Assembly: GCF_009914755.1 (NCBI RefSeq)
Contig: NC_060930.1
Origin: the human T2T-CHM13v2.0 reference genome, Homo sapiens
Reading direction: 5' to 3' (one strand)
DNA length: 64,000 nucleotides
Position numbers and translations under genes: made by a program. The notes beneath the pieces are model-generated. The model worked only from the letters and a program-made list of their open reading frames with translations, was not told the origin of the DNA and searched no databases. Positions within the stretch are counted from its first letter, which is position 1. Each line of letters starts with the position of its first letter. Positions 35,070-47,042 of the stretch are shown here, one piece after another.

Positions 35070-35250
35070 TAGGGTTTCTCAAATTTAGCACTATTGGCAT
35101 TTGGGGTTGAAAAATTCTTTGTTGTGTACTGTAGGATGCTTAAGAGCATCCCTATTTACTAGACGCCAGTAGTTCCCCAAGTTGTGACAACTAAAAATGT
35201 CTCCAGACATTGCCAAATGTCTCCTGTGAGGCTAAATTACTCCCAGTCTA
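35070..35250 (+). mobile_element. MER20 hAT MITE
   Basis: GTTTCTCAA...ACTATTGGCATTTGGGG...GTGACAACTAAAAATGTCTCCAGACATTGCCAAATGTC. Confidence 0.85.
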
Positions 35251-37508
35251 CACATGAGGCCACAGGTGAACTGATGAATTGGCAGACTTAAACTACAGAA
35301 GTTAATATAGAGTCTAAAGCCAAAAAGTTAATATTTAGCATCTAAATGCTGATAAACAAACTAAAAAATGTGATATATGAAATAAATTATTTCCCCAATA
35401 CAAAATTGTGGAGCAGTAAAAAAAACCGCTGTTGCTCACCAAGATGTGAAACGCTGGCTGAAGTGGGCAGGAGGGGAGGATGAAAAACAATACACTTCAA
35501 AGTGTTGAGAGAGATGTGTATCTATTGCTAGAAAGAAGGAACACTCTAAAAATATTACATGCCACTTTTTTGTGTATGCTCAAGGAAATAAAACCATAGT
35601 TACATTTTCTATTTTCCTCTTTTAGACTACCATCTGGCAATCCACACTTCCATTAGAAAAAAGTTCTAGCCAATTGGACTAAAATAGTTAATACACCACC
35701 CCATGTGCCAAAAATATGCCAGGAAGTCTACAGCTTGTTCAGTCACACCCAAAAAGAAAGACACTAATGTCCTTAAATGACAAAGTAAATAACTCACAGC
35801 ATGTTTACCTACTTCTCTTCCTACCTCGGGGGCAGAGAGTCAAACAACAGCAGGAGGAAAAATAAAACAAAAGTAGTTACATGCAACAGGCAAACTAAAG
35901 TAACCAAACTAATTTATTAGATGTCAACTTGTCCCTAAGACATTTGGAGTTTAAAAAAACCTACTAATTGAATACAAGAGAACACATATGACTATAGTCA
36001 CAATATTTCCAGTGTCAGAGGAATGTGTTAAGAATGAGTGAAGTAATAAGGCAGGTGCATCAAATTCTTATAATACTCTTCAAGAAAGGAAAGGTAAAGA
36101 TTCTACATATAATGAATATAAAAATCAGCAAAATAACCACTTCCTTTTTCTTAATACTTGAAAGTTGTCAAAAGACAAACTGGTACATCCATGCTAGTAT
36201 ACCCTGTGAGTTATCTTTCACTAATCCATACAGGCAGGCTATGGTAACAAGAACCTACAGTTACCAATAGGTAAATAATGATTACCAAATATTACAAAGA
36301 TAAGCAGAAAACCATGCACCACTGCATAAACATTAATTGTATGCTTTGAGCACTTTTATAAGTACTCATCTAGCTGAGCAAGACAGAGATGGCCCTGGTT
36401 CACATGAAGTTTACATTTCAGGGCAGGAATTCCAGTGAAATAATCAAATATTTGGGAAATGCACCACCATGAAAGAGAGGTACCAAACTTAACCTTTGTT
36501 TTCAAAAACAGAAGAGCCAACACCCAAGGAAAACATTAATAGAGAAAAAACAAGACTTTAAGTAGAAATACTATTCTCACAGAGATTGAGTGAATATTAT
36601 ATCTATAAAAAGAGATTATGACATAAGAGAAAATTTTGAGTGAGCGCTCACATTTAAACACATCTGTATAAAATCTTAGCCAAGGATAAAAAGAAAATCC
36701 TAAAGGTTTTTGGAGAGACAGAATAGGTATAATAAATTTTCAGATATTCACAGATTGACTATAGTACAAGGTTAAAAGAAGTATTAAAGAGTATACTTCA
36801 TCACATTAAAAAATCAAACAAAGAATACTGAGCGAAAAAAATCACAAAAAGAGAAAATATCAAATAATACCCTATTTTTTTAAGGAAGTATTTATAATAA
36901 AGATACAAAACATTCATGGCCATGATGCATGAGAGTAGACAAATGGAGGAGGGCTTCAGCTTAATATTTCTTTAAGAAGAAATATAACCATCATATCATC
37001 AGAATCACAAAGGATCCAACATAGGAGGAGGTTGGGGAGGGAGCAAGAAGACAAACATGAATCTCCAAGTCTTTCCTTGTTCCAGTGAACAGTATGAATA
37101 CTAATTAAATCTAAATATTGACAGTTAAAAAAATAGTAAATTTAAATGTGTATTAAAATTTTAAGGTTAATCACGAATAATCATTTTGAAATAAATAAAA
37201 AAGTTATTTTTTGCTTCCAAATCATTGGAAGAAAGAAATGACACAGAGAGGGCAACCAATCTAAAAGACAGCAAACTATGTCCAAATTCATCAAAATCAC
37301 AATAAATGTGAATAATTAAATTCACTATTAAAATAGAAGGACTCACCTACTGGAGTTTTAAACTATCCAGCTGTACGCAGTTCATAAGGTATATCTTAAT
37401 GCAATATACACTTGATTAAATGACACAAGACAGGCGAAAATAAACATAAAAAGAACAAATGAACAATTTTTTAAAAAGTAAATATAGCAATATTAACCAT
37501 CAGGCAAA

Positions 37509-37946
37509 TGTATTAGTAAGGGTTCTCTAGAGGGATGGAACTAATAGGACAGATTATATACATATAAAGGGGAGTTTATTGAGGAGTATTAACTCACATG
37601 ATCAAAAGGTCCCACAACAGGCCATCTGTAAGCTGAGGAGCAAGGAAGCTAGTCCCAAAGCTGAAGAATTGGAGTCCAATGTTCAAGGGCAAGAAGCATC
37701 CAGCATAGGAGAAGGATGTAGGCTGGGAGGCAAAGCCAGCCTAGTCTTTTCATGTTTTTTTCTGTCTGCTTTATATTCCAGCCATGCTGGCAGCTGATTA
37801 GATGGTGCCCACCCAGATTAAGGGTAGATCTGCCTTTCCCAGCCCACTGACTCAAATGTTAATCTCCTTTGGCAACACCCTCATCGACACACCCAGAGTC
37901 AATACTTTGCATCCAGTCAAGTTTATACTTAGTATTAACCATCACA
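37509..37946 (-). mobile_element. 3' LTR (MLT2A2-type)
   Basis: Minus-strand TGTGATGGTTAATACT...CTAATACA; preceded by PPT-like GACAAGGGGTCGACT; AATAAA on the minus strand at 37575-37580. Confidence 0.93.
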
Positions 37947-38253
37947 AGTCGACCCCTTGTCAACTTGAACCCATACACATCTCCTGAGATCATACATAAT
38001 CTTCAAATAAAAACAATAATAAGGTCATAATTACGCCTAACATAATACAACTATCCTTCATACAACGGAAATGCACCAATCCCCAACCCTCTATTCCATA
38101 AAGTTAACAATACTTAAAAGCTGATATGAAGTCAATAAACTTTATCTCACATGATAAAGGAAAAAGGAAATAAGATGAAGATATTTTCTTAGTACAAGTG
38201 TATACATGCACAAACGTGTTTTTAACAAAAGGAGAAGGAAATACTCACGACAC

Positions 38254-39330
38254 TTACATTCCTTGTTTCTGCAACTGGTCACCTGGTCGTAGCTGGTATT
38301 GATGACTACCTTCTTCTACTACCCAGCCTGTATTCCCTTTGCCTTCAGCAAGCACCTCAGCAGGTTGTGGTTTTTTTCCTGGTAGAATGAACCAAACCTT
38401 CATTCCTGAAGGGTCTGGGTCATTTCTAGTCCTGCCTGAATTGAGCTGTTGTAGTTTCCCATTGACCTTAATCACAGGGCAAGGTAATACTAAGAGATGC
38501 CCTAATGGATCTCCTGTATTTCATGCATACTCTTCCTTACTTCCATTGTGGAGTAGTAGACTGATTTCATCTTGACAGTCCAGGTCAATCACCCCGGCCA
38601 ACACTGTTACTCCCTTCTTAGCCTGTTGACTTAAAGGTAGGAGGAGTCCAAAGTGTCCAAGTGGCAATCTTAACTTCCAGTTTAATGGAATCGTTGTTTT
38701 GTCTCCTCGTGGCAGCGTTGCTCCCACTGGAACTAAGACCTCTAGTCCAGTGGAAAGCAATGTTGTGGGAAGAGGAAGCAAAAATTTTGCTAGTGGATGG
38801 ATCACTAGGGGTGATGGTGAATGGTGCCACTTCCACTTCCACCCCTCAATTCCTGGACCCGTGAATCCTAGCTATGGGAGAAACACTACCATATATTGGA
38901 TGCTGATTCAGAGCATACACGGCCTTCTGGAGAACTTTGCCCCAGCCCTGCAAAGTATTGTTACCTACTTGCTGTTGTAATTATGACTTCAAAAGGCCAT
39001 TCCACTGTTCTATGCTTCAGGATGATAGGGAACACAGTAAGATCAGTGAGTTTCATGAGCATGAGCCCACTGCTGCACTTCTTTAGCCATAAAGTGAGTG
39101 CCTTGGTCAGAGGCAATGCTGTGTGGAATACCATGATGGTGGATAAGGCATTCCGTGAGTCCACGGATGGGAGTCTTGCAGAAGCACTGTGTGTAGGATA
39201 GGCAAATCCATATCCAAAGTGTCTGTTCCACTGAGGACAAACCTCTGCCCTTTCCATGATGGAAGAGGTCCAATATAATCAACCTGACACCAAACAGCTG
39301 GCTGATCACCCCAAAAAATGGTGCCATATC
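38254..39330 (-). pseudogene. HERV-L integrase and dUTPase remnants
   Basis: HHGIPHSIASDQGTHF (integrase core) and IPLNWKLRLPLGHFGLL...GVTVLAGVIDLDCQDEI (dUTPase); frameshifted. Confidence 0.88.
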
Positions 39331-39599
39331 AAGGGCTCAGTGTTGGTCTCTGCTGCTGGCAAATTGCGCGTTCAGCAGTGGCTATAGCCAGGTCAGCCTT
39401 GGTGAGTGAAAGTCCATGTTGCTGAGCCCGTGCATAAGGTCCATCCCTGCCACCATGGGCACTTTCTTCATGGACCTATTGGGCAATGACAGGGGTGGCT
39501 GGGGAAAGAGGCTGAGAATGAGTTGTCCTATCCACTTGATTATTAAAATCCTTCTCTGCTGAGGTCACTCGTTGGTAAGCTCTCACATGGGATACAAAT

Positions 39600-41700
39600 A
39601 TCTTCACAGTTTTTGACCACTCAGAGAGGTCATCCACATACCTCATCCCCTAATTTCTTTGTCACCAGTTTTCCAATCATGCTTCTTCCAAATGTCTGAC
39701 CATGTCAAACCATTGGCTACAGCCCATGCATCAGTATATAATTGCACATCTGGCCATTTCTCCTTCCATCCAAGGTGTACTGCTCCAAGTTCTGCCCACT
39801 GGGAAAAGTTCCCTTCATTGCTGTCATTCAAGGATGTCCTAGAAAGGGGTTGTAGTGCTGTAGCTGTCCACTTTCAGGTGGTACCCGCATATCGTGCAGA
39901 ACCATTTGTGAACTAGGCCCTAGTCTTCTCTTCCTCTGTCAACTGATCATAGGGAACTCCCCATGAGGCCACTGGTGTAGGCTGGGGAAGAGAAGGCAGG
40001 GTGGTAGGAATGGAGACCATGGGCATTTGAGCCACTTCCTCATGTAACTTACTTGTGCCTTCAGGACCTGCTCGAGCCCAATCATGCATATACCACTTCC
40101 ATTTGATGACAGAATGCTGCTGTGCAGGACCACTTTATGGTTAGATGGGTCAAAAAGCACCCAGTTCATGATAGTCAGTTCAGGTCACATTGTGACTTGA
40201 TGATTCATAGTCAAATATCCAGTTTTCACCAAAGCCCAGTAACAGGCTAAGACCTGTTTCTCAAAAGGAGAACAGTTATCTGCAGAAGATGGCAGGGCCT
40301 TACTCCAAAATCCTGATGCCTCCGCTAACAGCAGAGGCCCCCTTACGAGGGCCTGCCAAAGGCTCCAACAGCATCCCTAACTGCCAATGACATCTCTAGC
40401 ACCATTGGATCTGCTGGGTTACATGGCCCAAGTGGCAGAGCAGCTTGCATAGCAGCCTGGACCTGTTGCAGAGCCTTCTCCTGTTCTGGACTCCACCCAA
40501 AACTGACAGCCTTTTGGGTAACTCAATAAATGGGCCAGAGTAACACACCCAAATGAGGGATGTGTTGCCTCCAAAATCTTACTAGGCCTACCAGGCGTTG
40601 TGCCTCTTTCTTGGTTGTAGGAGGGGCGAAATGCAGCAACTTTTCCTTCACCTTAGAAGGAATATCTCAACAGGCCCCACACCACTGGACCCCTGGAAAT
40701 TTTACTGAGGTGTAAGTCCCCTGAATTTTAATCGGATTTATTTCCCATCCTCTGGCAGGCAAATCTCTCACCAATAAGTCCAGTGTGTTTGCTACTTCTT
40801 GATTACTGGATTCAATCAGCATAATGTCCTCAATGTAACAGACCAGTGTGATATCTTGCAGAAGGGAAGTGATCAGGGTCTCTCCAAATAGGATTATGAC
40901 ACAAAGACGGAGAGTTGATATACCCCTGAGGTAGGAAAATAAAGGTATATTGCTGGCCTTGCCAGCTGAAGGCAAATTGCTTCTGGTGGGACTTATGGAC
41001 AGGAGTGGAGAAAAAGGCATTTGCCAAATCAATGACTGCATACCAAGTACCAGGAGATGTGTTAATTTGCTCAAGCAATGAAACCACATCTGGTACTGCA
41101 GTTGCAATTGGAGTCACCACTTTGTTAAACTTACAATAATCCACTGTCGTTCTCTAAGATCCATCTGTCTTCTGCACAGGCCAAATAAGAGAGTTGAACA
41201 GGGATGTGGTAGGAATCACCAACCCTGCATCTTTCAAGTCCTTGATGGTGGCACTAATTTCAGCAGTCCCTCCAGGGATGCAATATTAGTTTTGATTTAC
41301 TATTTTTCTAGGTAGAGTCAGCTCTAATGGTTTCCATTTGGCCTTTCCCACCATTATGACCCTTGCCCTACAGTCAGGGAGCCAATGTGGGGGTTCTGCC
41401 AGTTGTTAAGTATGTCTATGCCAATTATGCATTCTGGCACTAGGGAAATGACCACAGGATGAGTCTAGGGACCCAATGGACCCACTGTAAGTCAGACCTG
41501 AGCTAAAACTCCATCAATTACCTGACCTCCATAAACCCCTATTTTAACTTGAGGACCACAATGATGTTTTGGGTCCCCTGGAATCAGCGTCAGCTCAGAG
41601 CCAGTGTCCAGTAGTCTCTGAAATGTCTGATCATTTCCCTATCCCCAGTGAACAGTTAGCCTGGTAAAAGGCTGGATTTCTCCTTGGGGAAGGATGGGAC
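39600..41700 (-). pseudogene. HERV-L protease/RT/RNase H remnants
   Basis: LLDTGS near 41600; YAVIDLANAFFS; LPQGYINSP; catalytic YIDD decayed to YIED; multiple stops and frameshifts. Confidence 0.88.
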
Positions 41701-41799
41701 AAAGATTCACAGCATAAATTGTCAGTAGTGTAGAGGGGTCCTTCCTCAAGGGGACCCGGACTCCCCTTCATTCAAGGGGTTCTGGGTCTGTAAACTGGC

Positions 41800-43470
41800 T
41801 CAAGTCTGGAAATTGATTGAGGGACTGTGATTCTCTGCTTTTATAATTCAAATTAGTCTGGAAGTTCTCTGCTTATATAAATTAAGTAGGAATGCAGTAG
41901 GCTTCCTATCACTTCTAGGAACATCGTAATTAGCTAATGCCAGAGCTGGACACGAGTCAGATTATTCTGATTGCTGCTTTGCCTCTTCTGTCCATTACGG
42001 TAGTATGCCCACCTTGCCTTTGACAGCTGAGTGCCACAACTTGGCCACTGCCACCTCGGGATACAATTATTCCAATTGCATTTAAATTTTGTAGTTGAGT
42101 GACTGCAGTTCCCACTGTTAGATCTGATATACAGAGAAGGGCAATTACGGGGCTCTTCAAAGATGAAGGTGCTGCCTTCACAAATCTACTTCACAAAGCA
42201 TTGGTCAAGGGTATATCTTCTGGAACCTCCCAGCTGGGATGAGTAGATCTAGAGAGACTAATCCACTCCACCATCCCAGTCTCCCTAAGCCTTTGGATCC
42301 CTTCCTCTACATTAAACCAAGAGAGATCAGGTATTTCCAGCTCACTCACAGTGGGCCATTTTTAATCCATATTTCAGCTAACCAAGCAAATAAACTATTA
42401 GAACCTTTTGTAACTCCCCAAACTGCAACATTAAAAGGAGAGTCCCTACTTAGTGGGCCCAAATCAATAAATTCAGGCTGATCCAACTCTATGTTCCTTC
42501 CACCATTATCCCACACCCTTAGTATCCATTCCCATGCCTGTTTTCCAGATTTCTGTTTATATACATTAGAAAACTCAAGCAGTTATTTTCGAGTGTAACG
42601 CACCTCCTCATAGGTCACACTCTCAACCTCACCTTTAGGGGCCTGCCAGGACTTTAGTCTAGTTATAGGTCTAGAAGCAAACAGAGGTATTGGGGGTGGC
42701 TCCTGAGAAGAATCAACATTATCTTGCCTGGCAACTGCCTCAGGGGAGGCCATAAGGGGAGGCCTGTTGCCTCAGGCAGTAAAGGGTGTATCTTCTCAGA
42801 CAAAGGTGGAAAGGTTGATGACAGCATGGATTGGGGAGGGGACATTGCCACTACTGGGGGTAGGGAAGCTGTTTCTTCTGGCAAGAAAGTTTCATTGGAG
42901 TTTACAAGCTCAGTGTCCCCAGCTTCATCAGGGTCCTCCCACACGTCCCCATTCCAAGTTGCAGGGTCCCATTTTTTCCCAATTAATCCCTTCACTTTAA
43001 CAGTAGATGCCTGGTGAGGCTGTGCATACACTTTTCATTGCAGGTCAGCCACTCACATGATAAAAGCTTTTGTCTGATTTTCCACAATTTCAACTCTTTC
43101 TCTACAGGTGATAAGATTCTCACTCAAGGCCATCTTAGCAGATTTGAGGCTTAGTATCTGTTTCTGAAGCTGGGAGTTAGAATCCCTGAGTTCATCATTT
43201 TCTTTCATCACTTTGTCCAGTGAACTTAGGAGCAACCAACCAACTTCATTATGTTCCTTAATACAGCCAAAGGCATTATGTATAGAGTTACTAAACTCCT
43301 TGCCTCTCATGAGCGGTGAATCAGGAGTGTCAAATGTATGTATTTTGCATAACTCTCTATACAGTTCATGCCAAGGACTATCAGCATTCTCCATGCTATC
43401 AGAAGTAGAGTCCTTAGCATTTTTGGATGTAATCATATTAAACAGCCAACTCCAGAAACCTCAAAACCAA
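41800..43470 (-). pseudogene. HERV-L gag remnant
   Basis: DSPWHEL...EVGWLLLSSLDKV...; KVKGLIGKKWDPATWNGDVWEDPDE; broken into several frames. Confidence 0.88.
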
Positions 43471-43508
43471 CAAAAGAACTCCATCCTTAATATTCTGTTC
43501 CTCTAGAA

Positions 43509-43523
43509 CCACTCCTGGTACCA
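43509..43523 (-). promoter_or_regulatory. Primer-binding site complementary to tRNA-Leu
   Basis: Minus-strand TGGTACCAGGAGTGG starting 5 nt after the 5' LTR. Confidence 0.85.
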
Positions 43524-43528
43524 AAATC

Positions 43529-44077
43529 TGTATTAGTCAGGGCTCTCTAGAGGGACGGAACTAATAGGATATATAGACATATATATATGTAAATCTTTAT
43601 ATATATGCATATAAATCTTCATATATATAAAGCCATATATAAATCTTCATATATAAATATATAAATCTTCATATATATAAAGATATGTATAATATAAAAG
43701 ATCATATTAACTCACACAATCTCAAGGTCCCACAATAGGCCATCTATAAGCTGAGGAGCAAGGAAGCCAGTCCAAATCCCAAAGCTGAAGAACTTGGAGT
43801 CCAATGTTCAAGGGCAAGAAGCATCCAGCACTGGAGAAAGATGTAGGCTGGGAGGCTAAGCCAATCTAGTCTTTTCATGTTTTTCTGCCTGCTTTATATT
43901 CCAGCCATGCTGGCAGCTGATTAGATGGTGCCCACCCAGATTAAGGGTGGGTCTGCCTTTCCCAGCCCACTGACTCAAATGTTAATCTCCTTTGGCAACA
44001 CCCTCATAGACACACCCAGGACCAATACTTTGTATCCTTCAATCTAATCAAGTTGATGCTTAGTATTAACCATCACA
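43529..44077 (-). mobile_element. 5' LTR (MLT2A2-type)
   Basis: Homologous to 37509-37946 and adjacent to the PBS; TATA-like AATATAAAG (minus) near 43891-43900; AT-rich expansion at 43570-43705. Confidence 0.93.
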
Positions 44078-45229
44078 GCAAATTAGAATGAAATAAAAAC
44101 TAGCATTAAATTGAAGAAGAGCAAAATCTCCTATTGATAATATATTCAATTCATTGTCATGCCACAAACTTTTATTCCTCTAATAACACAGCTTTAAAAT
44201 ACATAATGTGAAAACTAGTATCAAAACAGAAGAAAATTACTTACATAATCATAATATAAGATTCAACATACCTGTCACAAAAGTCCACATTTTAATAAAC
44301 AGAAAAGATGAATATAAAGGGTTTTAATAAATTTGATGATATAAACCTAAATATATAAAGATACACACAAACACATACATCAAAAGAGAATATAATCAAT
44401 GTACAGCTTACTAGTTGACTATGCATAAGGGCACACACACAAAAAAAAACCCAAGCCCTCAAAAAGAGTCTCAAAAGCATAAAACTGAGATGCATCCATT
44501 GAACATGTCTCAATAAAATATAAGGATAGTGTCAAGTAAACCTGTTTCCTTTAGAATCACATCAGATAGGCAAAAATCTAAATGGAAATTTGGGTGAGAG
44601 TGCAGGGTAATGGACATTTATAAAAACTTCAGGTGGGAATATAAATTCATGATGCCTTTTTACAAAATACTTTGATATTACCTCTCAAAATTTTAAATGT
44701 CCATACCCTTTGACTCAACAATTGTACCTCTAGAAATTCCTCTAATATAAAAAACTTATAATCAGAAAACAAACATACAAGATCACAACACTAATTATAA
44801 CAGCAAAAAAGTAATAAACCAAATATCCATTAAAAGAAAACTGGCTAAATAATTTATAGTACCTCCATTTCATAAAATGTCAAGCACTCACAATGGAAAG
44901 AATCTCTAAGACATGGGCTTTTTTTAAGTGTAAAAAATACACATGTTTAGGTGCAAAATGAACAGAAAAGGAAGTGGAAGAGTAGACAACAAACGTTTTA
45001 CTTCTGGAGCGGGATATAATTTTACCTTGTATATATCTCTTAGTGTTTGAATATTTTATGACTGGTACTACTTGCATAAGAAACCTAATTAATTTTTTCA
45101 ATGTCTTATTTACTTTCCAGAAAAAGACTAAGACCCTTCCGTTCTTAGGATAAATTTGATCAAACCCATCTAAGAGTACAGGACAAGTACAAACTTTGAT
45201 TCTGTTACAATTAAAATAACCTGCTGTTT

Positions 45230-45670
45230 CCTTTTCTGGGAATGATCTTCCATCAGATATGGCTCACCACTTCACTTCCTTCAAGTTACCTGCTTAAATA
45301 TCACCTTATCTAAAGAATCTTCCCTGACTTTGCAATATAAAATGACATCCTACTCCCATCCTACCCCTCGCCAACTACCTTACCTTGCTTCATTTTTCAC
45401 TAGAGTGATTTACTACCAGTGTCTTAGTGTGCTTATCTTTAAAGTGGGGATGATAATGGTACATACCACACAGGTTGTTGTTAGGCTTAAATGAGCTACG
45501 AGTTCTTAGATGAGTGCCTGACACATAGTAAGAGACGTAAGAATCTGTTTTGTTTATGGTCTGCCTTCCCCCTATTAGAACAACAATGCTAAGAGGTAGG
45601 GGCTGGGGTTTGTTCATTATTGTATCCTGATGCCTGGAAAGTGCTTATTGGTAAATATTCATCACTGTTG
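45230..45670 (+). mobile_element. L2 3' end with an embedded MIR fragment
   Basis: GGCTCACCACTTCACTTCCTTCAAG...TGCTTAAATATCACCTT; MIR core TAAAGTGGGGATGATAATGGTAC at about 45440. Confidence 0.7.
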
Positions 45671-45944
45671 AAGTCTGATTTAGCACTGCAGCCATATGTA
45701 CAGACAGCTTAGATTACAAGAAAAAAACAATAATTTTTGGTAAAAGCAAGCTTTCTGCATATTAACATGAATCATCTGTAATAATTCAACCTATTTTAAA
45801 CATATAATATTTAGCAGTATTGGCTCCTAGAAGCTTCAAGTAGGGAAATGGTATAGTGGCATTTAATTCATTAATTTCTTAACACCAACATGACAACAAA
45901 AGCTAAAACATAATGTGGAAAGAGAAAACAAATGCACAACTTAC

Positions 45945-46108
45945 TTTTCATTCCTGCTTTTGATGCATGGCTGGTAGAGGACCTTGACAGCACTCCAGGC
46001 AGAACTAGAATCGGCTTTGAATGTGTTTTCCAACAAGGGGAATTTTTTGATATATTTGGAATTTCTCAAAGATTCAATCACCAAACTGTCTGAATTTAAA
46101 AGCCATAG
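45945..46108 (-). CDS. UBE3D: UBE3D coding exon (probably exon 8, 164 nt)
   Basis: tctttag|CTATGG...GAAAA|gtaagt; translates LWLLNSDSLVIESLRNSKYIKKFPLLENTFKADSSSAWSAVKVLYQPCIKSRNE(K), recognised as UBE3D and in frame with the upstream exon. Confidence 0.95.
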
Positions 46109-46599
46109 CTAAAGATGTGAAGAGAAAGTCCAAGTATAAGAATATTGTCACCTTATCCATATCTTATGACTTTTCAAAAACAAAAAAGAGACTATGAAAA
46201 TACCAGAAAAAATAAATATGAGAATCATGTACATAATTTTAAAGTTGGGTAGGCCTTTCAAAACATAACTCTCGGTAGAGCAACTGACATAAAGTTAAAA
46301 AAAAAAAAAGACAACTGACTCGGAGAAAATATGCATAAGTAACAAAGTTATTATCCATAATATACAGAGCTTCAGTAAGGGGGTAAAACAGCCCAAGAGA
46401 AATACAGGCAAAGAATATGAACAGAATTAACAGAAGAAATAAATGATAAATAAACATATATTAGAATCTTAATGTAACTAATAAATGTAAAATTTTGTGC
46501 CACCATTTTTCATTTACCAGATTGGCAAATATAAAAGTACTGATAACATCTAGTTCAGAAAAGGGGTTTGAAGTGGGCATTCCAATACACTGCTGGTGG

Positions 46600-47042
46600 G
46601 AGAGTGTTTTGGGATTTGGATGCATGTGATTCACTGAGGGAAAACTCACAGGAGAAAGGAAGTGAAGGAAATGGGATAAGGCAGGGGAAAGAGCTAGTTA
46701 AGGATATAGAATCATCTGGAGTCTGGTTTCAGCCTGATCCATGGGGGAGTTCTACAGCATGAATCCCACCTACAGAGTTTGTTCTACCTTGAGACAAGAG
46801 TCCCTAGCTTTCTGTGCCCCAGGATCAAATCACTGGCAGCGGGCTGACCAAGAAGGGGTGAGTCAGGGAGGGACTGTGGCGGACAGGTAACTTCTGGGCA
46901 AGGCAACACCTGTCATCTAAAGAGGAAGTCTGTGGAGAAGCGGGCAGCTGTGAGCCATTATCAGCCAACGCTGTCAGCAGCTGGGAATGGGTGCATCAAC
47001 CCAGTATGGGGTCTGGGTGGCACACCAAGAATGCCCACTATA
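46600..47042 (-). mobile_element. LTR33-like ERVL solo LTR inserted in an old L1ME (about 46150-47520, +)
   Basis: GGCAGCTGTGAGCCATTATCAGCCAAC...CAGCAGCTGGGAATGGGTGCATC...GGGTGGCACACCA; L1 sequence resumes on both sides. Confidence 0.7.

Larger units (their letters stand above)
37509..44077 (-). mobile_element. Near full-length HERV-L provirus (LTR-gag-pro-pol-IN-dUTPase-LTR, no env), coding-defective
   Basis: Two homologous TG...CA LTRs; TSD GCAAA at 37504-37508 and 44078-44082; about 5.6 kb internal region with fragmented ERVL ORFs. Confidence 0.96.
36480..44520 (+). mobile_element. Very old L1 (ORF1 to ORF2 endonuclease region) split by the HERV-L insertion
   Basis: ATCACAATAAATGTGAATAATTAAATTCACTATTAAAA resembles the ORF2 start (ITLNVNGLNSPIK); L1-like sequence resumes after 44082. 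Confidence 0.6.

Noticed and set aside
37491-37508. Left flank TATTAACCATCA equals the sequence near the far LTR end (44064-44075)
   Set aside because: A clean 5-bp TSD indicates normal integrase action, and the host L1 endonuclease region naturally resembles this motif; probably coincidence.
38254-43470. Intact or domesticated HERV-L gag/pol
   Set aside because: ORFs are all under 150 aa with many frameshifts and stops, and the RT YIDD motif is mutated to YIED.
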